Below are positions 12,223-24,243 of a DNA stretch of 64,000 nucleotides, piece by piece. The position numbers and the translations under genes are program-made. The stretch's first letter is position 1. Each line of letters starts with the position of its first letter. This DNA comes from Eledone cirrhosa. Its lineage: Eukaryota. A model generated the notes under the pieces. That model saw nothing but the letters and a program-made list of their open reading frames with translations, was not told the origin of the DNA and searched no databases. Location: assembly GCA_964016885.1 (NCBI GenBank), contig OZ024742.1:251844001-251908000 (forward strand). Direction: 5' to 3'.

Positions 12223-12449
12223 TACCCAACACCCCTCCCCCCCACCCCCACGCACCACCATTGCTATTACGTGGACCAATCATAAAACAGAGCCCCCACG
12301 TATCACCAGTATTATTACGCGGACCAATCAGAAACCAGAGGCCTATACTATCGCTTGCCTGGTTGCCTTTCGATATATGATGGATGGATGGACCGCGGAA
12401 TCCTGGAGAGTGGAGGTGAGAGAGAGAAAAATCTGGACGCTCAGCGACA

Positions 12450-15400
12450 ATGCCAAAGATAAAGACAAATTCACCTCCTGGACGAGAATGCGAGCACTCC
12501 TCATTGTTTCGACCGCGGACGGCTAACATAACCCCATCGCCCCCCGCCCCCCACCGCCCCCAACCCCCAAACGCAATCCAAAACTTCAGAGTTGGTACCA
12601 TAAATGTAGGCACCCTAAAGGGTCGCGCTAACGAGGTTGTAGAAATGCTTGAACGTAAGGAGGTCGATGTTTGTTGTATTCAAGAGACCAGGTGGAGGGG
12701 TGGGTCTGCTAGGTTCATTGACGGTAAAAAACGATGTTATAAGCTTTTCTGGGTGGGAAACGACGATGGGCTGGGTGGAGTAGGAATCATGGTAGCAGAA
12801 AAGTGGGCAGATAAGATAATAGACGTAAATAGAGTGACCGACAGAATAATTAAAATACGACTTGTCCTCAATAGAACTACGGTGACAGTAATATCTGCGT
12901 ACGCACCCCAATCCGGACTGCCCGGCACTATAAAAGACAGATTCTATGAGACACTGATGCTAACTACCTCCCAAATATCCGACAGTGACTATATAATTAT
13001 CGCAGGCGACCTAAATGGTCACGTTGGACAACATTGTGACGGCTACGACGAAATCCATGGAGGCTATGGGTTTGGTACTAGAAATGAGGAAGGCTCCAGA
13101 ATCCTGGAATTCTGTGATGCAAATAACCTAACTATCTGTAACACTAACTTCAAAAAACGTGACAATCACTTGATCACCTATAGATCCGGGGAACACACAA
13201 GCCAGGTAGATTATATCCTTACCAGAAGACGTGACAGAGTGTCTGTTGTAAACACTAAATCCCTCCCCCATGAAGAATGCACCTCCCAACATAGACTGAT
13301 AATTAGCGACCTCATAGTCAGGACGAGACGTACTCGACAACAGAAGAGGACTATCCTCAGGAGGAAAATATGGAAGCTAAAGGACCCCACAGCCAGGAAT
13401 AAATTTCAAAGCATATTACTTGATGCTTTCGACAGTAAGGAAGAACATTTAGAGTCGGACAATATAGAGGGAGAGTGGGACTTTCTGAAAGCAAACCTGC
13501 TGTTGGCGACAGACGAAGTCTGTGGCTGGAGCAGGCCTGTAGGCAGGAGGAGAGTAACATGGTGGTGGAACAGTAAGGTCGAGGGGTCAATTAAGGCCAA
13601 AAAGCAGGCTTGGAAAGTATGGCGGGATGGGGGAAGTAGAGAGGACTATCAAGTGGCCAGGAGGGAAGCTAGGAGACAAGTGTACTTAGCAAGAAGGGAA
13701 GCTGAGGAAAGAAAGTTCAAGCATGTTCTACAACGCGATGACCAAAAACGTGAGGTGTTCAGGATTGCTAGGCAATGCGTCAAGGAAAACCGTGATATTG
13801 TCGGGGAGAAGTGTGTACTAAACGACGATGGCACACTTGCCATCACCGACGCTGATAAGAAGGTAGCTTGGAAGTGTCACTATGAAAGGCTACTAAATGA
13901 TGAGAATAAATGGGAGAAATACAGTCTCCCCCATATCGACCCAATAGAGGGACCAGCAGTGTTAGTCGAGGGGAGTATAATAAGTAAGGCAATCAAGGAT
14001 ATGAAGACGGGTAAGGCGGCTGGGCCTTCGGAAATAGTTGCTGAGATGCTGAAGGCATCTGGCACGGTGGGACACACCATGGTCACCCGCATAGTTAACC
14101 AAGTCGTACAGAATGGGGTTGTTCCGAAGGACTGGCATAGCAGCATCATCGTTAACTGTTATAAGGGTAAAGGAGACGCCCTAGATAGGAGTAACTATAG
14201 AGGCATTAAATTAATCGACCAGGTCATGAAGGTCACGGAAAAAGTAATAGCGCAACTAATCAGAGAGAGAATTGACCTAGATGAAATGCAGTTCGGGTTT
14301 GTGTCAGGCAAAAGTACCACAGACGCTCTTTTCATAGTACGACAACTACAGGAGAAGTACCTAGCTAAAGGTAAACCCCTCTACTTAGCTTTTGTCGACT
14401 TGGAGAAAGCCTTCGACAGAGTCCCCCGCTCCATTATCTGGTGGGCTCTTAGAAAACTAGGCGTTGACGAATGGCTTGTGAGGGCTATACAAGCCATGTA
14501 TAAAGAAACAGTCAGCAAGGTTAGAATTAACAACGAATATAGTGAAGAGTTTAGCGTAAAAGTTGGCGTCCATCAGGGCTCTGTTCTCAGCCCACTACTA
14601 TTTATTATTGCCCTTCAGGCTATAACAGAGGAGTTCAAGACAGGCTGCCCATGGGAACTCCTATACGCAGACGACCTGACACTCATAGCGGAATCAATGG
14701 CCGAGCTAGAGAAGAAATTCCAAACATGGAAGCACGGCCTAGAGTCAAAAGGACTTAAAATTAACCTGGCTAAGACCAAAGTACTAGTTTGTAGGAAAGA
14801 AAACAAGGCGGCGGTCCCTTCTGGGAAATGGTCGTGCTCGGTGTGTAGGAAAGGCGTAGGTAGAAACTCCATTTTATGTCCTAAATGCAAAGTATGGGTG
14901 CATAAAAGATGTAGTGGGATCACAGGTAAGCTAACTAAGAACATAGATTTTACATGTGGCCGGTGCTCTGGTGCAATAAGTAGCAGCAAGTGCCCACAAG
15001 CTACTAGCTCCTTCAATTGCGCAGAGGGTTCTATAGAAATAGTGGACAGCTTCCGTTACCTGGGCGATAAAATCAGCAGTGGGGGAGGGTGCTCTGAAAG
15101 TACTGTAGCTAGAGTCAGAACTGGTTGGAAAAAGTTCAGAGAGCTTATACCACTATTAGCTGCTAAAGGGTTCTCACTAAAAATGAAAGGCAGGTTGTAC
15201 GATGCCTGCATACGAACAGCAATGCTGCATGGCAGTGAGACCTGGGCATTGTGTGCAGAGGATATACGCAGACTAGAGAGGAACGAAGCTTGCATGCTCC
15301 GCTGGATGTGTAACAGTAATATACGTGAACGGCAAAGCATAAACGAACTAAGGAAAAAATTAGAGATAAGAGGGATCAGATGTTGTTTACTCGAGAGAAG

Positions 15401-15620
15401 GCTACGTTGGTATGGACACGTGATGCGCATGAAAGTCGATAGCTGTATAACAAAGTGCAGGGCAATAAAGATAGACGGTAGTCACGGAATAGGCAGACCT
15501 AGAAAAACCTGGGACGAGCTGATAAACTCCGACATCACACACTTACACCTCTCCAAGACAATGTCACTGGACCGAGACCTTTGGCGGTACTCAGTAACAG
15601 AGAAGACCCGCCTTACCTAA
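12450..15620 (+). CDS. RTE LINE ORF: AP endonuclease + reverse transcriptase + PHD-like zinc finger (1056 aa, intact)
   Basis: GTINVGTL, IQETRW, SAYAPQ, GDLNGHVG, SQVDYIL, SQHR (APE); YRGIKL, QFGF, FVDLEKAFDRV, GVHQGSVLSP, LYADD, FRYLG (RT); RRLRWYGHV, GRPRKTW (RTE C-terminus). Confidence 0.95.
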   Translation: MPKIKTNSPPGRECEHSSLFRPRTANITPSPPAPHRPQPPNAIQNFRVGTINVGTLKGRANEVVEMLERKEVDVCCIQETRWRGGSARFIDGKKRCYKLFWVGNDDGLGGVGIMVAEKWADKIIDVNRVTDRIIKIRLVLNRTTVTVISAYAPQSGLPGTIKDRFYETLMLTTSQISDSDYIIIAGDLNGHVGQHCDGYDEIHGGYGFGTRNEEGSRILEFCDANNLTICNTNFKKRDNHLITYRSGEHTSQVDYILTRRRDRVSVVNTKSLPHEECTSQHRLIISDLIVRTRRTRQQKRTILRRKIWKLKDPTARNKFQSILLDAFDSKEEHLESDNIEGEWDFLKANLLLATDEVCGWSRPVGRRRVTWWWNSKVEGSIKAKKQAWKVWRDGGSREDYQVARREARRQVYLARREAEERKFKHVLQRDDQKREVFRIARQCVKENRDIVGEKCVLNDDGTLAITDADKKVAWKCHYERLLNDENKWEKYSLPHIDPIEGPAVLVEGSIISKAIKDMKTGKAAGPSEIVAEMLKASGTVGHTMVTRIVNQVVQNGVVPKDWHSSIIVNCYKGKGDALDRSNYRGIKLIDQVMKVTEKVIAQLIRERIDLDEMQFGFVSGKSTTDALFIVRQLQEKYLAKGKPLYLAFVDLEKAFDRVPRSIIWWALRKLGVDEWLVRAIQAMYKETVSKVRINNEYSEEFSVKVGVHQGSVLSPLLFIIALQAITEEFKTGCPWELLYADDLTLIAESMAELEKKFQTWKHGLESKGLKINLAKTKVLVCRKENKAAVPSGKWSCSVCRKGVGRNSILCPKCKVWVHKRCSGITGKLTKNIDFTCGRCSGAISSSKCPQATSSFNCAEGSIEIVDSFRYLGDKISSGGGCSESTVARVRTGWKKFRELIPLLAAKGFSLKMKGRLYDACIRTAMLHGSETWALCAEDIRRLERNEACMLRWMCNSNIRERQSINELRKKLEIRGIRCCLLERRLRWYGHVMRMKVDSCITKCRAIKIDGSHGIGRPRKTWDELINSDITHLHLSKTMSLDRDLWRYSVTEKTRLT

Positions 15621-16010
15621 ATATATAGTAAAACCTACTCCAGCCAGTAGGCATCCCTAACAAAATACACCCCGTCCCACCACCCCCACCCCTACCCCAT
15701 CCACACCACCCCGTTCTATGTAAAGTTATGTTGGTGCCGCGCCATCGAGGCCGAAACAAATGAGATCGTGTAGGTGTCACGACAAAAAAACACACAGTCC
15801 ACGCTGTAATGTGGCCGTGTAGGCAACACGGTAAAAACCTCCCAGACCCACACTGTAAATGTGGTTGGTGTTAGGAAGGGCATCCAACTGTAGAAAACCT
15901 GCCAGACAGTCCTATGCGAGCAAGACAATCACTCTTGCCTCAAGTGGGACTACCCCCGTCCAAACCCATGCAAGCGTGGAACACGGACGTTAAACGTTGA
16001 TGATGATGAT

Positions 16011-16337
16011 ATATATACGATATTAACAAATGGAAACTATATTTATAAAACCATATTTATTTCATTATACATATTTCAAGGACACCAAGTTAAATTATGG
16101 TGTGCTTTCATCAGATAAAATATAATATAGAGCAGTTTTATAAATAAATATTGACATACCCTTAAAGAATGCAACCATTACTGTTGGAAGCTCCCGGATA
16201 GTATGAAATAAATATGGTTTTATAAATATAGTTTCCATTTGTTAATATTGTATTTTTACTCCAATTATTTGTTGAGTGCTTTACATCAGTTATAATAATA
16301 TTTGCTTGTTGTATCCCAACAATTTAAATAGAACTTT

Positions 16338-16345
<8 letters not shown>
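16011..16345 (+). mobile_element. Short fold-back Penelope insertion related to the 4965-10607 element; hammerhead on the minus strand at 16058-16122
   Basis: 16017-16200 is a diverged copy of 4970-5160 (inverted pLTR) and 16203-16342 is a diverged copy of ~6988-7130. Embedded in (TA)n. Confidence 0.8.
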
Positions 16346-16407
<62 letters not shown>

Positions 16408-16410
<3 letters not shown>

Positions 16411-19400
16411 TTCGGTTATTTGTGTCAATTTTCATGATTAAGTAAGACAAGAGTTTTCTTTTGTAATTAAGGCTCATTCGGATTTTAATTTACTCTTTGT
16501 ACTTGAAACAAAAGGTACGCTTCCTTGAGACTAACAATATCATTTTCAATATTTCACAACCAGCAATTTCTAACAGATTACTGAGTTAAGTTATAGATTT
16601 GACACTGTATAATTTATCATTTCAAGCTTGATGTTCATACATTAAGTGAAGTCATAACTTTTACAATATTATGCTTAAATGTATCTAAAGGATGGTTTAT
16701 ACATCAAAGACTTAAAATTATTCTATTTTTTCGCATTGATTAGACTACGTTTCTGACATAATTTAGTTATTAACTTACATACCCTGTACATTTTGAACGT
16801 TCTACTGTTACATGTACTTCAAATACATTTTACAATTAATCTTTATTTTTACATTCAATTGTGTTATATCATGTCTACTTTACACATTTTGTTTTGATGC
16901 CTCATGGAAAAAAAAACAGTTGCCTCAGCAGATTGTCGACCGGTGTGGTTAACGAAAAGCAGCGTCGAGCTAATGAAACTGAGGAGCAGAGGACAACAAG
17001 GTATCCATATTAGCTGCCTACAACGCAAGACTCAATACTTCGCATTCATCACATCGATACTCAGTAGAAAAACTTGCAGCCCGTATGGCAAAAAATGCAC
17101 AAACCACTGCTGCTTCATGATCAAATGAGTCTACAGAAGAACGTACTATTCGGTTAGCACTGTATGCTGCCACGACTGCTGCCTCAAGAGCTGCGGAGAC
17201 ACCTAAACAGAGTGCAACTCGAAGAAAACGCAATGTTGTCACGACTGCTGCCTCAAGAGCTGCGGAGACACCTGAACAACGCATACGTTGCCAGGCTTCC
17301 AATTGTGCTTATCAGACTGCTGCGATAGCTTCTGAAACATTGGTTGAAAGAACTACTCAACTACAAACAATTGCGCATCATAAAGCTGTTCTGCTTGGTG
17401 CATCAAAGCCTACGAGGAATAGATGGGTTTTTAAAGACTTTCATTATGACCCCTCTGAAAATTATGCTGACCACAAAGATGTTGCCATTGATTGTATGTC
17501 CAAAATCTGTCTACACTAAATGTAAAGCACTAACTTGGCCGGGAGAGCCTGTTGGTCTATGCTGCTCAAATGGAAACGTTCGTCTGCCCAACAGCCCTGA
17601 AACTCTACAGCCTTTAAAGTCCCTTCTGCTTGGTGAGCATCCATATTCTCAAAATTTCATGAACCGAATACGGGCATACAATTCTGCATTTCAAATGACA
17701 AGTTTTGGTCATAAGCCCATATCTTATGGAAACTTTAATCCCACTTTTACCATTCAGGGACAGGCGTACCATTTAATCGGTTCTCTTCTACCAACAGATG
17801 CTTATCATCATACTTTTCTTCAGATATACTTCATGGGACCAGAGAGAGAGCAAATTGTACGTTGGGCTGCTGTTGCTCCAGGCACATACACGGCTGTTCT
17901 TAGACCTCTTCAGGAAATGCTTAATGAGCACAACCGGTATATCAACCAATTTAAAACGGCTATTCAACGACGCCGGGCAGACAATGCCAACCAACTTTAA
18001 GGTTGTTATTAGAAGTGACAGGACTCCTGTTGGGGAACGTCGCCGCTGTTACAACCGACCCAAAAGAGAGGAGGTTGCTGTTTTGCTTTGTAATACCAAT
18101 GCAACTCTTTCCAAAAGAGATATCATCCTAGAGTGGCAGGACTCACGTGTTAAGAGGATCAATGAATTAAATCCAGCCTATGATGCCCTTCAATACCCCT
18201 TACTCTTTCCCTATGGAGAGGATGGATACAGTCCTGATATCCCTACCATTGTACCTACAACACACCAAACAGCACAGCCTCCAAAAATGGTTTCCCAGAT
18301 GAACTTCTACAGTTACAGATTGATGGTTAGAATGAACAACTTCAACAGTCTTCACAGAGCAGGGGATCTTCTGAATCAGTATTATGTGGATATGTATGCT
18401 AAGGTAGGATTTACTCCCCTTTGAGTCATGTGTACCTATAATTTTTATTAAAATCTTTGCATAACCATCCTATTCCTTACCCTTGCAGATTAACTCAGAA
18501 CGACTTCTTTGGATTGGCCATAATCAAAAGCAGCTCCGTGCAATGAATATGCCAAGGTTCGAGATGAGGTTAATAATGTAACTGCTTCTGAGGTTGGTAT
18601 TCGAATCATCCTGCCATCGTCATATACAGGCGGCCCGAGGTATATGCATGAAAAGATGCAGGATGCTCTCACATAGGTTAGTCTTTACAACTGCCCTGAC
18701 CTTTTCATAAAGTTCACATGCAACCCCAAATGGGAGGACATCCAAATGAGCTTACTTCCGGGCCAACAACCAGCAGATCGCGATGACATCACTACTCGCG
18801 TTTTTCATCTTAAAGTTCGTAAAATAATTGATTTGTTAAAATGTGGTGAAATTTTCGGGCCGATCCAATGTTTTATGTATACTGTTGAATGGCAAAAACG
18901 TGGTCTACCTCATGCCCACATCTTACTCTGGCTACAAAGCAAACTTCGACCTTCTGACGTGGGCACAGTCATAAGTGCAGAATTTCCAAATCCCAATGAA
19001 GGTCCCCAGTTGTACGAAATCATTCGAAAAAGTATGGTTCATGGGCCATGTCGGCACTTTAATTCTACGTCTTCATCCATGGCAAACGGAAAATGCACTA
19101 AGAAATATCCACGAAAGCTTTTGGCTGAGACGATCACAGATAATGATGGTTACCCATCATATCACAGAAGAACTCCTGGACATGGTGGTTTCACAGCAAC
19201 AATCAAACATGGATCTAACCGAGAATTTACAATTGACAATCAATGGGTTGTTCCACATAACAAGATGCTATGCAAGACATTTAATGCGCATATTAACGTT
19301 GAATATTGTAACTCAGTTAAATCTATACATTACGTTTGCAAATACATCAATAAGGGATCCGATAGAGCCATCTTTCAAGTGGCACAAACAGGAACAGCAG

Positions 19401-21040
19401 CTGCACCAACAGATGAGGTAGAACTGTTTCAAATAGGGCATTATATCTCAATCAATGAGGCCGTTTGGAGAACGTTTGGTTTCCCTATACACGAGCGATT
19501 CCCCCCTGTTCAACATCTCAGTGTTCACTTAGAGAACAAGCAGGGAGTTTACTTCACTGAAGAAAACTTACGTCAACAGGTTCTTGCCCCACGTAGGACA
19601 ACTTTGACTGCATTTTTCAAACTCTGTACGGTTGACTCCTCACAAAAACTCTTCGGTATGTTGATGTTCTTCATTATTATTCTTGGAACCACTCAACTTG
19701 CTTATGGCAAAGAAGAAAACAGGGCCGACATATCGATTCAGATCCTGCCATTTTTGAAAGTGACACAATAGGACGCGTCTATACTGTTCATCCTTTGAAC
19801 TTCGAATGCTTCCATCTTTGACTGCTGCTTCAAGTTGTATGTGGACCAAAATCCTTTGCATCCCTTCGCACAGTGGACGGTCAATTATGCAAGACATTCA
19901 AGGACGCCTGCTTTAAACGGGGAATCATCGATATGGACAACCATTATGAGAGTACACTTGAGGATGTGTCTCTCCGTCAAAGCTTCGGCATCTATTCGCC
20001 ATTATGCTGGTTTTCTGCAACTTTGTTAACACGCCTTTGTTGTGTTATAAATACAGGTACCACATGTGCCACGATATATGGCTTCAAACCTGTCAAGCTA
20101 CCAAAAATTCCACCACTGCTTTTACCCCCTCTATGTATAATGCTGGTCTAATTATCTTGGAGGACTTAGTTGTGGCAATTGGAGGCATACTGCCTTCCTT
20201 CTCCAGATAGAAACCAAGAGCAAACTTTTAATCGACCTCTCCTTAGAGAAACTAGCTACGACAAAACCAAGCTTCGACAATACGTAGCTCTCAACGAGCC
20301 TCTCCTTAATCCAGATCAAGAATCTGCATACAAATCCGTTCTAAACAAGGTATACAGCAATACTGGCAGGATTATCTTCATAGATTCGTATGTGTGCGAG
20401 TACAGGCATTGCATGGGTTCTGTATGTGCGTGCATGTTTTTTTGTGTATGTGCTTGTTGTATTTGCATACCCATGGCGGGTGTTTTCACGTATGCATGTG
20501 TATGTTTGGATGCGTGCATGTATATATTTAATTTTTGTTGATTTCAATTACCTCTGTAATTTATTTACATTATTCTTAACTCTGAAGCCGAGAATCATTC
20601 GGTTTCCTAAATAGAATTTTAGTCTACGACTTCAGTTATACGATAAACAATGGTTTTGTCTTTGCGTGTAATTGTTCTCATCGCTCCACATAACGACGTA
20701 TTATCTTCGTTTTTTCTGTTCATTGCCAGAGAACATCTCCACGAACCACCTAATAGAATATTAGTCTACGACTTCATTTAAACCATATACATGGTTTTGT
20801 CTTTGCGTGTAATTGTTTTCACCGCTCCAAATAATGACGTATTATCTTTGTTTTTTTTTCGTTCTTTGCCAGGGAACGTTCCCACGAACAAAAGTATCGT
20901 CTTCCTGTCTTCCTTCGGTTGCAACGGTTTTCGAAATATTTACTTCTGCGTTCACAGATTGATTTTTTTTAGTTTCATAAGGTCCTGTTAAGGGTGAAAG
21001 CAGTGATTCTTTGCTTACACTTTAATCTGTTATTTTAATA
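16408..21040 (+). mobile_element. Helitron, decayed Rep-helicase pseudogene truncated at the start of the PIF1 helicase
   Basis: Across frameshifted ORFs 17344-20390: FQMTSFG, YHLIGSLLP, YDALQYPLLFPYGEDG, ILPSSYTGGPRYM, FTCNPKW, VEWQKRGLPHAHILLW (HUH), MVHGPC, WVVPHN, HINVE, YVCKYINKG, LNPDQ...IIFID. Imperfect hairpin at ~20990-21023. Element ends are approximate. Confidence 0.88.
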
Positions 21041-21048
21041 TATATATA

Positions 21049-24000
21049 TCATCATCATCATCATCATCATCATCATTTTACGTCCGCTTTTCCCTGCTTG
21101 CAAGGGTGGGACGGGTCTTATTCAGCACAGCATCTCTCCACTCGTCACGGTCCCTCGTCATCTCCACCGTGAGATTCAATGATCTGAGGTCTGCTCTCAC
21201 CACCTCCGCCCATGTTTTTCGTGGTCTACCTCTACCACGTCTTCCTTCAACTGGCATTTCCTGGCACTTCTTCACCCATCGGTCATCCTCCATGCGCATC
21301 ACATGTCCATACCACCTCAATCTCCTCTCCCGTACACTACATTCTATCCCTCTCAGACACAGTTTCTCTCTCAACACATTTATGCTGGGTCGTTCACGCA
21401 CATTTACACTGCACATCCAACGGAGCATGCTTGCCTCATTTCTCTCCAGCCGTCGCATATCCTCTGCGGTTGCTGCCCATGTCTCACTACCATGCAGCAT
21501 CGCGCTCCTCACACAGGCATCATACAACCGGCCTTTCGTACGCAGGGAGAAACCCGTCTTCGTCAACAGAGGAAGCAGCTCCCTAAACTTCTTCCAACCC
21601 ATCCTTATTCTAGATACTATGGCCTCGGAACACCCTCCTCCCATGCTAATCTGATCTCCTAGGTACCGGAAGCTATCCACCACTTCTATAGTGCCCTCTC
21701 GCATTTGAAAAATGTGTCTATCAGTGCGACTTCTACTGTCTAATTTCCCTGTACATCTACTGCATACATATTTCTCCCTACCTGTTAGTTTGCCTGCTAT
21801 CCCGCTACATCTCTTGTGTACCCAGGACCTGCATTGTGTGCATTTTATAGAATTTATGCCAGTTCCTTTTCTGCATATCGAACATGGCCATTTCCCTGAC
21901 GGAATCAGGGTTTTGTCCTCTTTTCTACTCATCAACACTTTTGTCTTAGCTAGATTTACTCTCACCAGATGACAGATCGGGGTACCCTATCAAAGGCCTT
22001 CTCTAGGTCAACAAAGGCTAAGTATAGTGGCTTATTCTTCTCTAAGAACCTCTCTTGCATTTGTCTCACCAAGAAGAGGGCATCTGTTGTACTCTTCCCA
22101 GGCACAAAACCAAACTGCATCTCATCTAGTTTGACCCTTTCTCTAATTAGTTGTGCTAAAATCCTTTCTGCCACTTTCATAACCTGATCTATCAGTTTTA
22201 TACCCCTATAATTGCTCCTCTCCAAAGCATCCCCTTTACCTTTGTAGCAATTTATGAGAATACTGCTGCACCAGTCTTTGGGTATGACACCACCATATAT
22301 AGCCTGATTGATGATGCGTGCAACCAGTTTAGTGCCTACGTCCCCTGATGCCTTCAGCATCTCAGCAACTATTCCCGATGGTCCGGCCGCCTTACCATTT
22401 TTCATTTCCCTAATCGCCTCTTGGACCCTATATTCGTCAATCTCAATAGCTGGTCCCTCTGTCGGATCTACCAAGGGTAATTTCTCTCTCTCCCATTCGT
22501 TCTCCACATTCATCAGTCTCTCATAATGACATTTCCAGGCTTCCTTTTTTTTCTGGTCATTCGTGACACTAAGTACACCGGCATCATCCCGGACACATTT
22601 ATCTCCAACAACATCCTGATTTGCATTGACACACTGCCTTGCAATGTGGAACACCGCACGCCTCTGATCTTCCCGTTGCAGAACATTGGCAAACCTCCTA
22701 CTCTCCACCTCCCTGCGTGCTAAGTACACCTGACGTCTAGCTTCTCTCTTAGTGGCTGTATATTCTTCCCTACTCCCACCCTTTTTCCAAGCCTTCCATG
22801 CTAGTCTTTTGTCTCTAATGGCCTTAACTACTGTGCTGTTCCACCACCAGGTCACTCTCTGTCTGGTTGGAGCTCTGCTCCAGCCACAAGTTTCATCAGT
22901 AGCCTGCAGCAAGTTGTCACGTGAGAACTTCCAGTTATTATCTATGTCATACGTCTCTAAATCGTCTTCTTTTTCGTAATATACATCTTGAAGGGCTTTC
23001 CTAAATTTCTATTTTAGTGAAAGGTCTTTTAGCTTCCAGACCTTTCTTCTCCACACCTTCCTATATGTCTCATTCCATCTCTTGCTTACTGAGATATCAC
23101 TAACAACTAACCTATGCTGTGGGGTACATTCTTCCCCAGGGTATGCCTTGGTATTAGACACTATCTGCCTGTCCCGCTGCCTAACTAGCAGGAAGTCAAT
23201 CTGGCTTATGTGCTCACCAGATTTGTAGGTTATTAGGTGATTGGCAGGTTTCTGGAAGTTTGTGTTGCAAATAGTCAATGTACTCGCATCACAAAATTCA
23301 AGAAGTCTCACTCCTTCTTCATTTCTTGAACCGTAACCGTGCCCACCATGTACCCCAGTGTAACCATCCTGGAGCTGTCCAACATGACCATTGAAGTCTC
23401 CTGCTAGCATAACGATGTCTCCGTCCTCTGTCATTGTGGTTGTTTGCAAAAGTTGCTCATAAAAGCAGTCTTTCTCATCTTTGCCTAGGCCTGCTTGGGG
23501 AGCATAGACCGAGATGATTGTCAGTAGTCTCCTACCTACAACTAATCTAAGCTTAATTATTCGATTACTAACTCGAACTACCTCTATTGTCTTATTGATC
23601 CATTTCTCAGCCAGGAAAATGCCTACTCCCCTAACCCATCATCCTTACCTACCCAGAATAGCTTATAGCTAAGACGCTTGCCTACTAGTCTCGCAGAGGC
23701 ACCTCTCCATGTCACCTCTTGCACGCAGCACACATCCACCTGCCTTCTCTCCAGCATCTAAGCTATTTCAGCAGATCTACCTCTGAGAGTGCCAACATTA
23801 AGTGTTGCAACTCTGAGATGCGACGTCTTCATATTTTCCTATGCTGTTTTGTTGCTGTGCTGATAGGCTTTTTGGCATTGATACACTGGTTGGATGCCCT
23901 TCCTAACACCAGCGCCACTTTACAGCATGGACTGGGTGCTTTTATTTGTGCCATCAGCACTAGAGAGGATGTCTTACTAGACTCAAGGCCCCTCTCTACC

Positions 24001-24202
24001 CCTCCATTTTACAGCATGGTCATTAAAAAAAAAAAAAAAAACTTATTGACACGACGCACACACAAACACACCAATACTCATGCATACAAACCACAACCAC
24101 ACACACCAACACTCATTCATGCATACAATCACACACACAACTCACAAACACATATATATATACATATATTACCGACAGTACTGATACAAAATCAAAATCA
24201 AA
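21049..24202 (-). mobile_element. RTE-clade LINE family B, near full length, frameshifted, with an internal deletion of the RT core
   Basis: ORF pieces 23009-23449, 21962-22912 and 21078-21965 (APE, RT, PHD-like, RRLRWYGHV). Compared with 39256-42698 it lacks ~310 nt at ~21964 that include QG..LSP and YADD. (CAT)n tail at 21049-21076. Confidence 0.9.

Positions 24203-24240
<38 letters not shown>

Positions 24241-24243
<3 letters not shown>

Larger units (their letters stand above)
10627..16010 (+). mobile_element. Full-length RTE-clade LINE (family A) with tandem 5' monomers
   Basis: Three and a partial ~502-514-bp 5' repeats, then a 5' UTR, a single APE+RT ORF at 12450-15620, and a 3' UTR ending ...ggaacacggacgttaaacgtt(GAT)n. 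(TA)n on both sides. Confidence 0.93.

Noticed and set aside
12218-15430. Many short ORFs antisense to RTE ORFs (also around 21106-22979, 28701-30900, 39068-41724, 55605-57281, 60201-61735)
   Set aside because: They are shadow frames of the LINE coding strand and recur only because the LINE is repeated.
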